A stretch of 59,078 nucleotides of DNA, filler included, from Sphacelaria rigidula (taxonomy: Eukaryota): NCBI GenBank assembly GCA_964200075.2. It is 4 parts of 4 records of this genome, joined end to end, with 100 filler letters (N's around TTAATTAATTAA, not from the genome) between each part and the next. Parts side by side here need not be neighbours in the genome. Positions count along the whole stretch, not along the records: positions 1 to 14,697 come from CAXNAA020002088.1; positions 14,798 to 29,492 come from CAXNAA020002089.1; 2 more parts are not named here. One strand, written 5' to 3'. Both the position numbers and the translations under genes were made by a program. The notes beneath the pieces were generated by a model. That model saw only the letters and a program-made list of their open reading frames with translations, ran no database searches and had not been told where the DNA came from. The number at the start of each line of letters is the position of its first letter. The stretch's first letter is position 1. This document shows, piece after piece, positions 12,077 through 24,525 of this stretch.

Positions 12077-12952
12077 ATTTGTGCCAAGACACGACCTGGG
12101 TAAAAGCCTAGCTTCAGCGACTGTCCACACCAAGAATCGTCACTTGCTGTACATCATTTGGGGTTTCAAATAGACTTGTGTATAAACGCCATCTCCATAC
12201 GGTATGGGAGTTACCGGACATGGTTTTTGAAGGGTTGGGGACTGGACCAGTATCTACTGACAGTATTCCTGTACTGCGCCAGAGGCTGCCAGTACAGCCA
12301 GTACATACCCATCTTACGCACGTCCTATATCATGCCTCGTAAACTACATGAAAACCCACCGAAGCTGCGCCGCATGAGAGGCAGGAGAGGAGAGAGGTTG
12401 AGAACAGGGCACAAACACACTAGAGGGAGACCACAAAATCGATGTATCAATATGTCAATAGCAGCAGCAGCCCGCCCGCCCGCTTCAGACCCGAGCCCGG
12501 GGCCTCAGATCCCTGAACCCGCCGCAGCCTCCAGCGGATCACGATTGTTGAAGTTTTTCTCTGGGTATACTAACTATTTGAAGAAGAAACGTTTTCACAC
12601 CCGGGCAGGCATCATCGAAGTGGCCCAAAATCACCCAAAAACTATTTTCTAGTGAAGCCAAATCACGTAAAAATATGCCTCCGGCGGGGCCCCCTCACCA
12701 GCCGGGGGCCGGTGGTCGCGGCTGCGCGGGACACCAATGTACTGACAGGACCCAGTAAACTGGCTGCGGAGAGCAGCCAGTTTACCTGGTATTGGCGCGT
12801 AGCGCCAGTCCCCGACCCTAGGTTTTTGATCAACGAAAAAAAATGGCTCAGACTTCCAAGCACATGGGCAACTTCCCCTTGATTAGATGCGACTAATACG
12901 CCATGCGGATCATGTCCCAACTTGTCTGTGTCGATGAGATATTGCTGAGAGC

Positions 12953-13754
12953 TCAACCCTTAGACAGCGAGAGTAGGTCATCTGTTGAATCGGCATCTAT
13001 TTGACTTGAAAAAAATATGCATGATCCTGGTAGACTACCCTCGCGATCGAAGGGTCAACCCTTAGATCGCGTTGCGGGTAGCCCATCTGGATTCGTATAC
13101 TTTTTTCAAGTGAGTACTGATGCCGATTCGGCACGCGACTTACCCTCGCGGTTTGAGGATTGCGGGCTAACCCTTTGACCGCGAGGGTAGGTCACCTGAT
13201 GAATCGGCATCAATATTCGCTTGCAATAATTATGCATGATCCGGATGGACTACCCGCACCGCGATCTAGACCGCTAGGGTAGTCCATTCGGATCATCGAT
13301 ACTTTTTTCAAGTGAAATTTATGTCGTTTCAACATATGACGTACTCTCGCCATCCAAAAATCCGTTTCTGTGCTGGACCGCGTTCATAGGTATGATTCAT
13401 GTGAAATAAATGAACAGAAATGAGCAATTTCTGTCGTTGTTTCCCAAGGTTCTTGTACGGGTTTTATTCGGGATTTTCGGTCGATACACGTGCGCCACGT
13501 ACTCAACCCTTGGACCGCGAGGTTAATCTTCTGTTGAATCGGCATCCATTTCAAGTGAAAAAAAAGTATGCATGATCCAGGAAGACAAAATCTCGCGGTC
13601 TAAGGGTTAAAAATGATCCAGGAAGACAAAATCTCGCGGTCTAAGGGTTAACCCTTAGATCGCGCGATTAGTCTTCCTGGATCATTCATACTTTTTTTTC
13701 ACCTAAAATTGATGCCGATTCAACGGAAGACTGACCTCGCGGTCTAAGCGTTAA
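12953..13754. mobile_element. Cluster of about six ~100-bp piggyBac-like MITEs in alternating orientation
   Basis: Units (TTAA)CCCTTAGACCGCGAG...CTCGCGGTCTAAGGG(TTAA) with internal TGAATCGGCATC..ACTTGAAAAAA; TTAA target and CCC/GGG ends are piggyBac hallmarks. Confidence 0.8.
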
Positions 13755-14130
13755 ACCTCCTCCTCTACCGCAGAGAGGTCAATAAGATTGCACTGTTTGG
13801 TTATTTGTTGTCCGCGCCTGGTCTGGGCTTCATTTCCCTTCGTCAGCTTGCTACAGCCCAGGGCAGTGGTAAAACAGAGAAGGAGAGCTGAAAGAAAACA
13901 TGTGTGGTCAGCATCGATACTATTTTCATCGTCACCGAGTCATAAAATAAAGGGAAGCATATAGTATACCTTCGAAGGAAGCGGCGCTCTAGCACATGGG
14001 ATCGCACACGCAACGGAGATACGAGATACATGATTGCGTTAGCAGTCTGATGTCCCGTGTATAGAGTGCTTGGTTGCACGGGTAGGACGAATTAATGATT
14101 CGTCTAGAAATGACTTGATTTTAGTGTGAT

Positions 14131-14327
14131 TGATTCGTTCCGTACGAATCAATCCTTAGGCTTTGTTTTCAGCGTTGCAACCCAGGTACGCGCAACCCAG
14201 ACACGTGGAATGGCGCAAAAATTGCGTGGGCACCTTTTTGACCACCGGTAAACTTTTTTCCCCTTTCTTAAGCAATCAGGCCTGAAAATTCGTCGATTTG
14301 GTGATTCAAACCGGGGATGATTTCGTA
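14131..14327 (+). repeat. ~200-bp dispersed repeat; copies at 19756-19945(+) and 25075-25275(-)
   Basis: Shared CGTACGAATC..TTTGTTTTCAGCGTTGCA..CCCAGG..TTTGGTGATTCGAACCGG. Confidence 0.75.
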
Positions 14328-14697
14328 GTCCGAACCGTGCTTGGTTGTCTCCAGCGTTATACGATACCTCAACTACAGTCAGTATTGTGCCGTTTTTGTT
14401 TTTAGCTGTTCAAGGGGCTAGAGCCGAAAAAACTTTCACATATCAAACCCTTTTGGGGACCCGACTAACCACAACGGTATGTTTGTGGCACTTTTCCCCA
14501 CAATAATCGTGTGTCAGCGTCATGTCCATTTGTCTTGTTCTCAGGCACAACGCCGATACATGAAGATGCATCTTCGTAGTGAAATGTGAAATTCAACCAG
14601 TCAGAGGCCCTTCAGTGAGGAATCGGCGGAATCTAGCGCCAATGAAATGCGACCTTCGTAGTGAATTATGTAGTGAAAACTGCTTGTGATTGGCTCG

Positions 14698-14797
14698 NNN
14701 NNNNNNNNNNNNNNNNNNNNNNNNNNNNNNNNNNNNNNNNNTTAATTAATTAANNNNNNNNNNNNNNNNNNNNNNNNNNNNNNNNNNNNNNNNNNNN
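14698..14797. other. Artificial contig linker (44N-TTAATTAATTAA-44N); also at 29493-29592 and 44286-44385
   Basis: Identical 100-bp structure three times; TTAATTAATTAA places stop codons in all six frames. Confidence 0.95.
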
Positions 14798-15043
14798 TGG
14801 TACTCCGTCTCGAAAGGGATGCGTGATCAATGGTCACACGACTAAGGCAAGCAACAAATGAGTACCGCCCCCCCCGTCCCAGACTGATCAGCCCTGGAAG
14901 GAATAATTCTCCTCTCGGCAGCCAAACAGGCAGCACAATATTGGCCCTGGGTAATGGTCTCCCGTGATTATTGTCTAGGGGATTGGGAAAACGGGAACGC
15001 CGTAACCCTAAGAACGTGCTCTCCACGAATAACTTCATCTCAT

Positions 15044-15324
15044 CACATGTCGGACAGCTCGTGAGCTAGCTCATCTGCCGGCTGTAGCTCACTTGTGGTC
15101 AAACATGTGCGAATGAGCTACATCCGATAGTTCACCCAGGGCGAACATGCGCTGGACAAGCTACGCCCGGTAACTCAACCGAGGCAAACACGCGTATCTC
15201 ATGTGGCTCTCATGGCTCACCCAGGGAAAAAGATGCGTAGCTCATGAGGCTCTCATAGCTCAAAAGGGATCTGCGCTCGAAAGAGCTAGCACGAGCTGAA
15301 AGAAGCTGATCTGTCCGACACGTG
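15044..15324. mobile_element. MITE with TIR CACATGTCGGACAG and internal ~40-bp AGCT-rich repeats; related TIR element at 27185-27443
   Basis: CACATGTCGGACAG...CTGTCCGACACGTG; the second element has TACACGTCGGACAGATCATGATC...GATCATGATCTGTCCGACATGTG. Confidence 0.75.
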
Positions 15325-15463
15325 AATAATTTCATCTTTACTGGGCCGAGCACCAACATGTTTCAGGGCAAGGCAAACCCACACCGACACGACACAGTAG
15401 CAGAGTCGATACAACCGATCATCATCTGCTACATCTGACGAGTGATTACATGAACCATCACAC

Positions 15464-15529
15464 CTGCCCAGTGATGCTAAGGGGGGCCTCCTCCACCTCC
15501 CGCGTAACGACATCCACCACAGTCGTGCC
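15464..15529 (-). CDS. Probable juxtamembrane exon E (GTTVVDVVTREVEEAPLSITGQ)
   Basis: CTAAC branch motif then GCAG acceptor, CAG|GTGTGA donor, 66 nt, phase 0/0. Confidence 0.55.
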
Positions 15530-17789
15530 CTGCGCGTTAGAAAAGTGGGAATCGTGTCATCGCATGTAAGCAGGGCCATGATACATGAAGTTTGACATCG
15601 CGAAAACAGTTACGGAAACATTTCAATTGGTGACGTACGGGATTCGGCAACCGAATCCGGTAGTTTTTTTTTTTCATGTGTTGTGGAAGAAAATAAATAA
15701 ATACAGAACGTGATGAACAAAATCACCTCACTTTCGGCGGAGAACAAGGAATAGACATGTATATCATTGTTTTCGTTTGATGTGTTTTTCTTGTTTTTTG
15801 TGGAGCCTCTGAAGAAATAATGAGAGCTTCATCTCTTGTGAGGAATGTCGGGTCGGTACTGGAAAGACTAGCCCACGTCTATGACCAAGAGTCTGAGATA
15901 TCGGGCTAATGTGCAAAAATAATAAAATATAGATAGTGATAATGATAATGATAATTTGTTAGAATAATTTCGGGGGGAAGTAGGGATTCACACGGCCAAA
16001 TCACGCAAATCCCCGGGGAAAACGAAGATTGGAACCGTTTCTTACCGTTCGTATTTTTTCATGGTATTTTTCAAAAATAAAATCAGAAATGTTGATCCTA
16101 CTCACGGTTTCAGATATATATTTTGAGGGGAAGGGGAGGGGGGAGGGGGTACCAAAAGAGCGGGGAGGTACCAAAAGTACGGTCAGCGAAATTCAAAGGC
16201 GTGCGCACGCCAAGGCGGGGTACAAAGACTTGAAGACTTCGTCATGCCAAGCTTCCTATGTTGGAGTAAGAAGACGTGCAACATAGACCCCCCCCGATCG
16301 CTGCTGGCCCAGCTTGTACACTCTGTAAACTGACATCTTCTATACTACCGTGCGCGGAGGTACAAACAGTGCTGTACTGTCTAGTACTATCTATACTGCA
16401 CTTCTCCCCATCATTTTGAGTGCAGCCGTTGTATACTACTGTCTGTAAACGGATATCTGCATCCTACACTACCGTATGCGGCAGTGCAGACTGTACTGTA
16501 AAGCTTAGTACTACATGCACAGCACATTGTTCATATCATTTTCAACAGCGGTTGGAGGCAACTTGACATCTGCATCCTTCTGTCAAATGCAGCAGTACAG
16601 ACAGTACAGGATTGTCCAGTGTTGTCTGTATTGCACTTTGTCCACATCTCTGACGTTATCCGCATCATTTCTACTACAGCAGCTGTGTACTACTGTTGTG
16701 CGCAAACACTACAACTTACTGCATGGGGCAGTACAGACAGTTCTGTACTGTCTGCGCTGCAGGTTTTCGAGAGCACGGTCGATGCCAATACATCATCAAT
16801 CTCTGCCGATATCTCGCGCGCGCCGGGATGACGAAGCAAAGTTTGGTCTGGTACGTAAACGGCGCTGGGGATGTTCGACATTGCTGTCAGGAGAGCCCCC
16901 GCAGATGACGAAAAAGGGCACAAAGATATTCAGCGCTGGCGGGTGTTGCTAGTCTTGCCGCGTCTCGAACGAAAAATTCGAGAGAGAACTACAAGTCACT
17001 GTCGGCTTGTATTTTTCTTCAAATCACAAGCCAGGAGGGTCCATCTCTTGAAATTTCCTTCGTCTTGATATCTGTTCCCGGGAATCTCGTTAAAATACGA
17101 ACCGTCAGAAGCCTACTTGGATTTTTCCTCGCCATTTGCGAAGTACCAGGGGAGAATACGAACCGTAAGAAACGGCCTAAACGTAGATATTTCAATAGGT
17201 TCAGAGGAACATGTAGTTCATGTACATACATGAGACACAAATACGTAATTTGCCGAGGAACACGAGGTAAAGCCTCCAGTTTCCGTAGATACGAAAAAAA
17301 AAAATGGTATATTATACGCGCAGGTTTCGGCCGAAATTTAGCATCATGAAACGCTGCGAAGCAATACATTCCACTCAGGGAACAAATCATAGAATTTTAC
17401 TTTTATATCACACATTTGCATGGAAAGGGCACCATTCATACGTACGGTGAATAGTGACCTGATTTTTCTGCGCAAGATGAAGAGCCGAGGACACAACGAC
17501 ATGAGGAGATAAGAAAAGTGTAAAGAGTACTTGCACTCCTCCGGAAAGTAACAATAGTCAGCATACCCCAACAGTGCAATGGGTTTCTCCAGCCCGGTGT
17601 GATCGCGATATCGCGCGACCACGGACGGACAATACAACTGTTACTGTGAGTGTCATGAGGTGACATATGTGTGAACGATTCACGGTGCGGACGAATCAGA
17701 GTTCAAAATGGTTGATTCCCAACGAATATTATATGGGAATCATGTACCAAAGAGTCATATGTTATGAATCACGAATTGTGAAGTTGTAT

Positions 17790-19470
17790 GTTCAAGATGG
17801 GAATGTATACACTCCAAGTGTGTCACACGAATCAGAGTTCGAAATATATATGAAGCACAGTTCCTTCATGATTCACTGGTGGGAAACTTTACACTTGATT
17901 CATTTCGTATGAAAGGTGGGGAACATGCACGTATGCTTCATGCTGCATGAATGGGAATTGGGAAAAAATGTACGCTTCATTTAACCTCGTTTGGATGAAA
18001 GATGAGGAACATGTACATGTGCTTCATGCTGGGTGAGTGGAGGTTAGGGAACATGTACACTTGTATGCTTGATTCATCTCGTATGGATGGAAGGTGAGAA
18101 ACATGTACCCGTGATTCATGACGCAGAAATGAATGGGGATATACATGTACCTGTGATTCGTGACGAATATATGGGAAGCGGGAAATATGTACCCACGATT
18201 CACGCTGCACGAATGCAATGTGGAAAATATCTAAATGAATCACGTGATTCATGCTGCATGAATCAAGGGGGAAAACACATACCGTATGAAGAGAAGTTTT
18301 CGTGTGACTTTTGTCTGTTGTCCACTGTACAGATTGTTCAGTACAATGCTGCGCTGTGCTGTAATGTGCTGTGCTGTCCGCTGACTGCAGTGGGCGCTGC
18401 CGGGGTGTTCCCGAGAAACGTATGCCAACATGCGGGGACTACTCTTGCAGTACTGGTGCTGTTTGAAGCTGTGTTCGTAATGTTTTATATTACGTCATTC
18501 GTACCGCAGAACGAAACGTGAATCCGCAGAAACGCCGGCAATAGCATAGCTCGGGAAAATAAACAGCTAGAAAATCATTGTACGCGCGCAGATGCGTGTT
18601 GTGCTATGCTGTACCGTACTGTCTGCGGACTGCAGTGTACGCTGCGGGAATTTTCCCGAAAACTCCCGCGAACATGCATGGACGATTCGTGCAGATGCTA
18701 CGTTCTTCGCAAGTGTTCGTGGTGTTGTGTATAGTATTTTCAGGCCAAGCGTACCACAACCCACAAAATGGAACCACAAAGGTTGTCAACAGCATAGTTC
18801 GATGAGATAAATGGCTACAGGAACCGCTCTGGGCACGCAGATGCATGTGGTGTACAATATTTGATGTGGTATGTGCGAGTACAATGTCTGCAATTTGGTT
18901 TATTGCGGATATGGCTCTTGAGGGGCTCGCGACCTGTACGCTCTTATTTGCCTACCCCACCAATAAAAAGGCCGCGCCACTGAAGAGGAGCGCCTCATGA
19001 AATTACAGGTGAGAAACAAAGTGTCTTTATTATTCATGTCATTCGAACATGAGGTGGGGAAAATAAAATATACGTACGATTCACGCTGCATAAGTGAAAA
19101 GTGGAAAACATGTATGTATAATTCATGCCATGAGTGTTGGGAAATATGTACGCTCAATTCACTTTGAATGAATAAAAGGCGAAGAACATGTGTCTATGAT
19201 TCATGCTGCATGGATGGAAGAAGAGAAACATGTACGCTTGATTCATTTCGTATGAACGGTGGGGAGCATTTACCTGTAATTCATGCTGCATGAATTAAAG
19301 GGGAGAAACATAATTCTGTGATGCATGGCGTATGACTGGAAGGTGGGTAACGTGTGCCTAGGACTCATGGTGCATGAATGAAAAGTAGGAAAGATGTACC
19401 TCTGTTGATACCATACGAATGGAAGGTGGGAAACATGTACCTATGATTCATACCACAGAAATGAAAGGTA
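17790..19470. repeat. Degenerate ~41-bp tandem array interrupted by a ~700-bp insert (about 18290-18995)
   Basis: Recurring GAAACATGTAC..TGATTCATGCTGCATGAATGGAAGGTGG; the insert contains two ~245-bp tandem copies (about 18345-18560 and 18590-18830). Confidence 0.8.
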
Positions 19471-20127
19471 GGAGGCGTGTGCATTCGTCGGTGTACCGCA
19501 CGAATCACGAACTGAGAATGTGTACATTTCAACTAGTGTCTCAAGAACCACGAACCCACAACATGTACGAATCACACCTTCAACTTGTATACGAATCGTA
19601 TGATCGATTCGTACAAATGTTGAATAGGAGTAGAATTCTATTCGTCCGAACCGTGGAATGATGAACATATCATTTGAAGAACATATCATTCCTAGGGTCG
19701 TTATAATAATGGTTTCGTATGAAATTACATGTGTATTTGTGCGATTGCCTCATATCGTACGAATCGATCCTCCAGGTGGCTTTGTTTTCAGCGTTGCATA
19801 CACCCCAGGTACGCACGCGCACCCCAGTCAGGCACGTCGAATAACGCAAAAAATGTGCAGAGGTCACATTTTTTCTTCCTCTTTCGAGCAACCAGGCTTC
19901 AGAAACCGAAAGTTTGGTAATTCGAACCGGCGATGATTCGTCCGACCTTTGTGTCATTCCATGAACACAATAATTCAAAGAATACAAAACTGGCAAAATG
20001 CTATAACTCCGTGAAAATAGAGGGGCACATCGGCATCTCTCGTGTTGTTGTGCGCACTTGTGTGGAGGAGATCCTCATGCAATTTCGACAAAAACTCTTG
20101 AACTTCGGCTCAGGCGGGCACTTTTGG

Positions 20128-20378
20128 TGTGACACCGCTGCGCCTCTTTCATCCAAGTGATACAGGTGACTCCAGTAATGGAGGCCACGAGTTCGAATTC
20201 CAACAGATTCCTCTCTTTCTTGTTCCGTCGGTTAGGTTATGCATTATGCAGTCCATTTTAGGTAGCGTTTTCCTCAACTCAGCGGCGGTGCCGTACGTTG
20301 CCGGGTTGGACTGCAGGTCACACTGATATACTCAAGCCGGGCTGACTTCGTGAGCTTGATAAGTTATGGTGTGACCTG
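20128..20378 (+). repeat. ~250-bp dispersed repeat with a box-B-like motif; copy at 44012-44260
   Basis: Shared ATGGAGG.CA.GAGTTCGAAT.CCAACAGATTC and TCAGCGGCGGTGC. Confidence 0.7.
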
Positions 20379-21098
20379 CAAACGCGGGATTCACTGCTGG
20401 CCCAGCTCGTACTGTAGCTAATCATTTTTAGACGTTCGTGTGTCTGCCCCTCTTCAACTGCGTACTGCGGTGTATACGGCGGCGTTGCAGCTGTCCCTGC
20501 GTTTTTTTCAAATATATGTACATCTACACACATATTCATTCATACTTGTATGGGAAAAAGGCGTGGCCGGCGTGAACCCTGCGGGTAATACACCCCAGCC
20601 TGGAAAGGGTTGAGGGATAGAACCATGCGACTTGTACTATGATTGGTGATAGTTCTTGATTTTGTTTTTATTATTCTTGCTCGGCTCGCGTGTCGAGCGG
20701 GAGCAATGGGCTCCATCTCTTCTAGTCCGAATGGTCGCCTGCGCAATCTGATCTTCTGAGGGTATTGCCATTTCTTCCTTTATTGCATCGCGTATGTGTT
20801 GATTTTTCCGGGTTTTACCTTCCTATTTTGATTTATTTTGTCTCATTTGGGGTAGTTAGCCTGTGACCATGGCAAGCGTTCTCACCAGACGTCCAGTACG
20901 GATGTGAGAAGGTACTGCGCAGATTTCGGAACGGTTATGATCGTGAAGGACAACATCAAAATATAACGGTGCAAACTGCTGTTAGAAGAATGTTCCGTAT
21001 CGACGTACTCGCTTAACCATGGTTTTCTCATATCACGACAGGTTTGCTTGTCGTTCAAGAGCGTCTTTGCGTGTGTGCGATGTGCGAATATCGTATAC

Positions 21099-21191
21099 CT
21101 CGTACAGACAAGATCCCACGGAGCAGGAGATAGAGATCGGCGCGAACTCGCCCGGCTGTTGGTAGTAGCAGATGAACTCCCCATCATCAGT
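21099..21191 (-). CDS. Ectodomain exon D (TDDGEFICYYQQPGEFAPISISCSVGSCLYE)
   Basis: Long pyrimidine tract, AAG acceptor, GAG|GTATAC donor, phase 0/0; ISISCSVGSCLY resembles the C-x-x-G-x-C end of the Adp1 ectodomain. Confidence 0.72.
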
Positions 21192-21652
21192 CTTGACATC
21201 AAAGAAGGAATAGACAGGAACACAGACAGACAACAGACAAAACGGACAGAGAGAGAGAGCAAGATCGCGAACAGACGTACGAGAGAAGACAGGCACATGG
21301 GACGGAGAAAAATGATGATTGAAGGCTCATGTGTATCAGCAGGATTCGACCGTAGTGTATATTCTGTAGTACATAATGATTGTTGTAGGGTTATGCATGC
21401 GCATCGATAGGATTCGACCACAGTATATATAAATAACATATTAGCTTGATGAAATATCGGAAGTTGCGCCTTTAGGCGCCAAGCGAGGGGGCAAACCCGA
21501 GCACCTCGATGGTGGCCATGCTATATATAGATTTTGATACACAACCCTGACTATGATACTACACGTTTTCGACCGAACAGAACATATCAGATCAAGTATA
21601 GCGTCGGAAGTAGGTGGCTCCACAATGGGAAACATTTTTACGTACAATGCTG

Positions 21653-23428
21653 CACAGGCACCGTGGGTAAGGTAGGTACCCGGTACCGGTATTTGGGACA
21701 TTTCGTACCCTACCGATACCGGTCCGATTGGGTATTTTCAAATGTCTTTCCCACGATACCCGCGATACCATGGTATTTCAAGATGTCAATACCTGCCGTA
21801 CCCGCTAAATCAGGTATTTTCAGGTGTTATACCTACGATACCACGGTATTTCGACATGTCAATACCTACCGTACCTGCTCAATCAGGTATTTTCAAATGC
21901 CGTAGATCAAGTATAGCGTCGGAAGTAGGTGGCTCCACAACGATAAACATTCCCACGTAAAACACTTCACAGGCACCGTACGTAAGGTGGGTACCCGTTA
22001 CCGGTATTTGGGACATTTCATACCCTACCGATACCACGGTATTTCGATATTTCAGTATCTACCGTACCCGTTCAATTGGGTATTTTCAAAACTCATACCC
22101 ACGATACCCATGCATGCTACGGTATGGGATCCCCCGGTAAATACCGGTAGTATACCGGGTAAATACTTGACGCGATGCACTCTCCACGGTGCAGCAGCTG
22201 GTCCCAACTTCCGCAAAGGCGAGAAGTTGTCGGAGCAGGTACGTCTTGTTTTCACAAGTAGTATATACCCAGATTCCCCCTGATTTTCGTGTTTGGATCT
22301 ACTCGGATGAACGTTGTCTGAAATGCAGTAGTTGGGTGTGCTTGGTGTGTTATATGTTGGAGAAAAATTGCGCATCTTCTTTCACGGAAGGATCAGCGAC
22401 AGAATTGCGTGGTGCCGTGGGCAACCGAGTTGCGTACACGCTCCTTGACAGTGCAGGCAGTACAAAGCCGCACGTTGTTCAAGTCATTTTCGCGTCGCAT
22501 TGTAGACAGAGAGAACTGATAGTCCTGGGCTGTTTGCAGTGCACGTTGCCCGCTCCTCTTCAAAATCCTACTGCACGAAACACGCACACACGCACTGAAG
22601 ACAAACTACTTGCAAGCAGTACAGACGGTACAGACTGGCTGTACTGTACACAAGTGACCATATACCGTTTCACGAATTCCACTGTCTTTTTTTTTATCGA
22701 AAGCTTGAAATTTCTCTCGGATCCAACTTGACAAAAATGAGCGGTTTTCGCTCAAATCGATTCCATCACTCCATTATTTCAATCAAAACAAAAATTCTAC
22801 GTCACGCTCTGGAACGCTTCTCCGCATTGCCGGATGACAGTTTTGAAGTCGGTATAGGGGGTACGGCAGGTACCCGGTACCGCTATTTGGGACATGTTAT
22901 ACCCTATCGATACCGGTCCAATCGGGTATGATCAAACGTCATAACCACGATACCTACGATACCACAGTATCATACCAGTACCTAACGTACTGCCCAATCG
23001 GGTATTTTCAAATGCCGTACCTACCATACCCTACGATACCACGGTATTTCGAGATTTCAATACTTACCGTACCCGCTTCATCAGGTATTTTCAAAACCCA
23101 TACCTACGTCACCTACGATACCACGATATTTCGAGATACCAGTGCCTACCGTACCTGCCCATTGGGGTATTTTCAAATGCCGTACCTACGATACCACGGT
23201 ATTTCGATATTTCAATACTCACCGAACCTGTTCAATCAGGTATTTTCAAAACCCATACCTACGACACCGATGCTATTACGGTATTTTGAGATTTCAATAC
23301 TTACCGTATCTGTTCAATCAGGTATTTTCAACACTCATACCTACGTTACCCACGCATACCACGGTACGAGATACCCCGGTAAATACCGGGGCAACGCTCG
23401 GTACGGTACGTCATCTACGGTTCCCGTG
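21653..23428 (+). mobile_element. Three copies or fragments (21653-21905, 21968-~22190, ~22850-23428) of the GGTAC-rich MITE family typified by 28611-28964
   Basis: CACAGGCACCGT..GGTACCCGGTACCGGTATTTGGGACAT left end and variable numbers of internal 60-70-bp repeats; a decayed inverted copy lies near 9390-9735. Confidence 0.8.
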
Positions 23429-24419
23429 CAACATTGTGTTCACGTACACAATGAACAATCGATTTGATGCCGTATGCAGTAAAGTAAACTGTTTTTTTCT
23501 TGTTGACTATTATCCAGGGTGTGCAATATGGCATACAAACTTTCTTGTGGGCGTACCCGCGCCCCTCGAGATCGCGCACGTTCAACTGGTCATTAATTCA
23601 TTATTCATTTTTTTCCCACTTGCAGGGAGGAGACTGGTTGATCCCATGAGGTTACGGGCTCGTCCCGAGGAAGTGGAGGGGTTCAAAATGCGAGACAAAA
23701 AAAAAAAAACACAAATGCGTTGTGTAACGAATTCAGCCATGATACTGTGCCACCACAGAACATGATGCATGCAGGGCACTCGAGATGTCTTGGGAACACA
23801 CAATGAGAGTTTTCCTTGGTGCTATTACCGTAGTTGCTTTTCCGCGCGGGTGAATCGCGGTGCGTTTGAATACTATTCGCGGTCCCGTGCGAAACTTGAG
23901 AAATTTTCTCGAGTCTAACTAGCGCATCACGGTATTCCAAAATCGTATTCTCCCATTTACAGTCAAAACCGTACGTACCGCGAATCACACCAACCATAAC
24001 ACAACATGAAAAATATGCGTGAATTGAAGAATAAGCAAGGGACGAGAACATAGCCGACCCGGCTCCTGCAGCGCGGCTTCAGGGAACAAGGTCGGCCGCA
24101 AAAACGAGAGGAAAGAAGAGGAAAGAACAGAAAAAAAAAACAGAAGGAAAAAAAGAAAATGCCATGGCAACTACCATGTGTGGGAACCACAAGGAAGAAA
24201 ACCTCAGTCGGTCGACGACAAAGAGTATGCGGTCTTTATCCACTGCAGAAGTGCAAGCACACAAAAAATGAATGAAAACAACGTACATATGTACATGTGT
24301 GTATATATGTATCATTTCGACATTACGTGGATTCAATTAAATGAACTGCGCTGCGAAGCAAAAATGACCGAAGGAATGCCGCAAAACAAAAAATAAAGAG
24401 AAGAGGAAAAACGGGCCAC

Positions 24420-24525
24420 CTGCTGGTCTTGGCAAGCGATGGTGAGCGCCGTAGATTCTGCGGGGACCCCAATGCATCGATGAACCTGATAGGTTTGGCC
24501 CTCGTCGTTCTTGCATGCTGGGAAC
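24420..24525 (-). CDS. Ectodomain exon C (FPACKNDEGQTYQVHRCIGVPAESTALTIACQDQQ)
   Basis: Pyrimidine tract then TAG acceptor; first G completes GG|G; weak donor GTGGCC, phase 0. Confidence 0.72.

Noticed and set aside
14742..14753. TTAATTAATTAA palindrome repeated three times
   Set aside because: Always centred in 44N+44N; it is an assembly linker, not biology.
23980..24243. Two exon-like segments after ectodomain exon C
   Set aside because: They need a frameshift or hit a stop (WIKTAYSLSSTD*), and exon C joins exon D cleanly without them.
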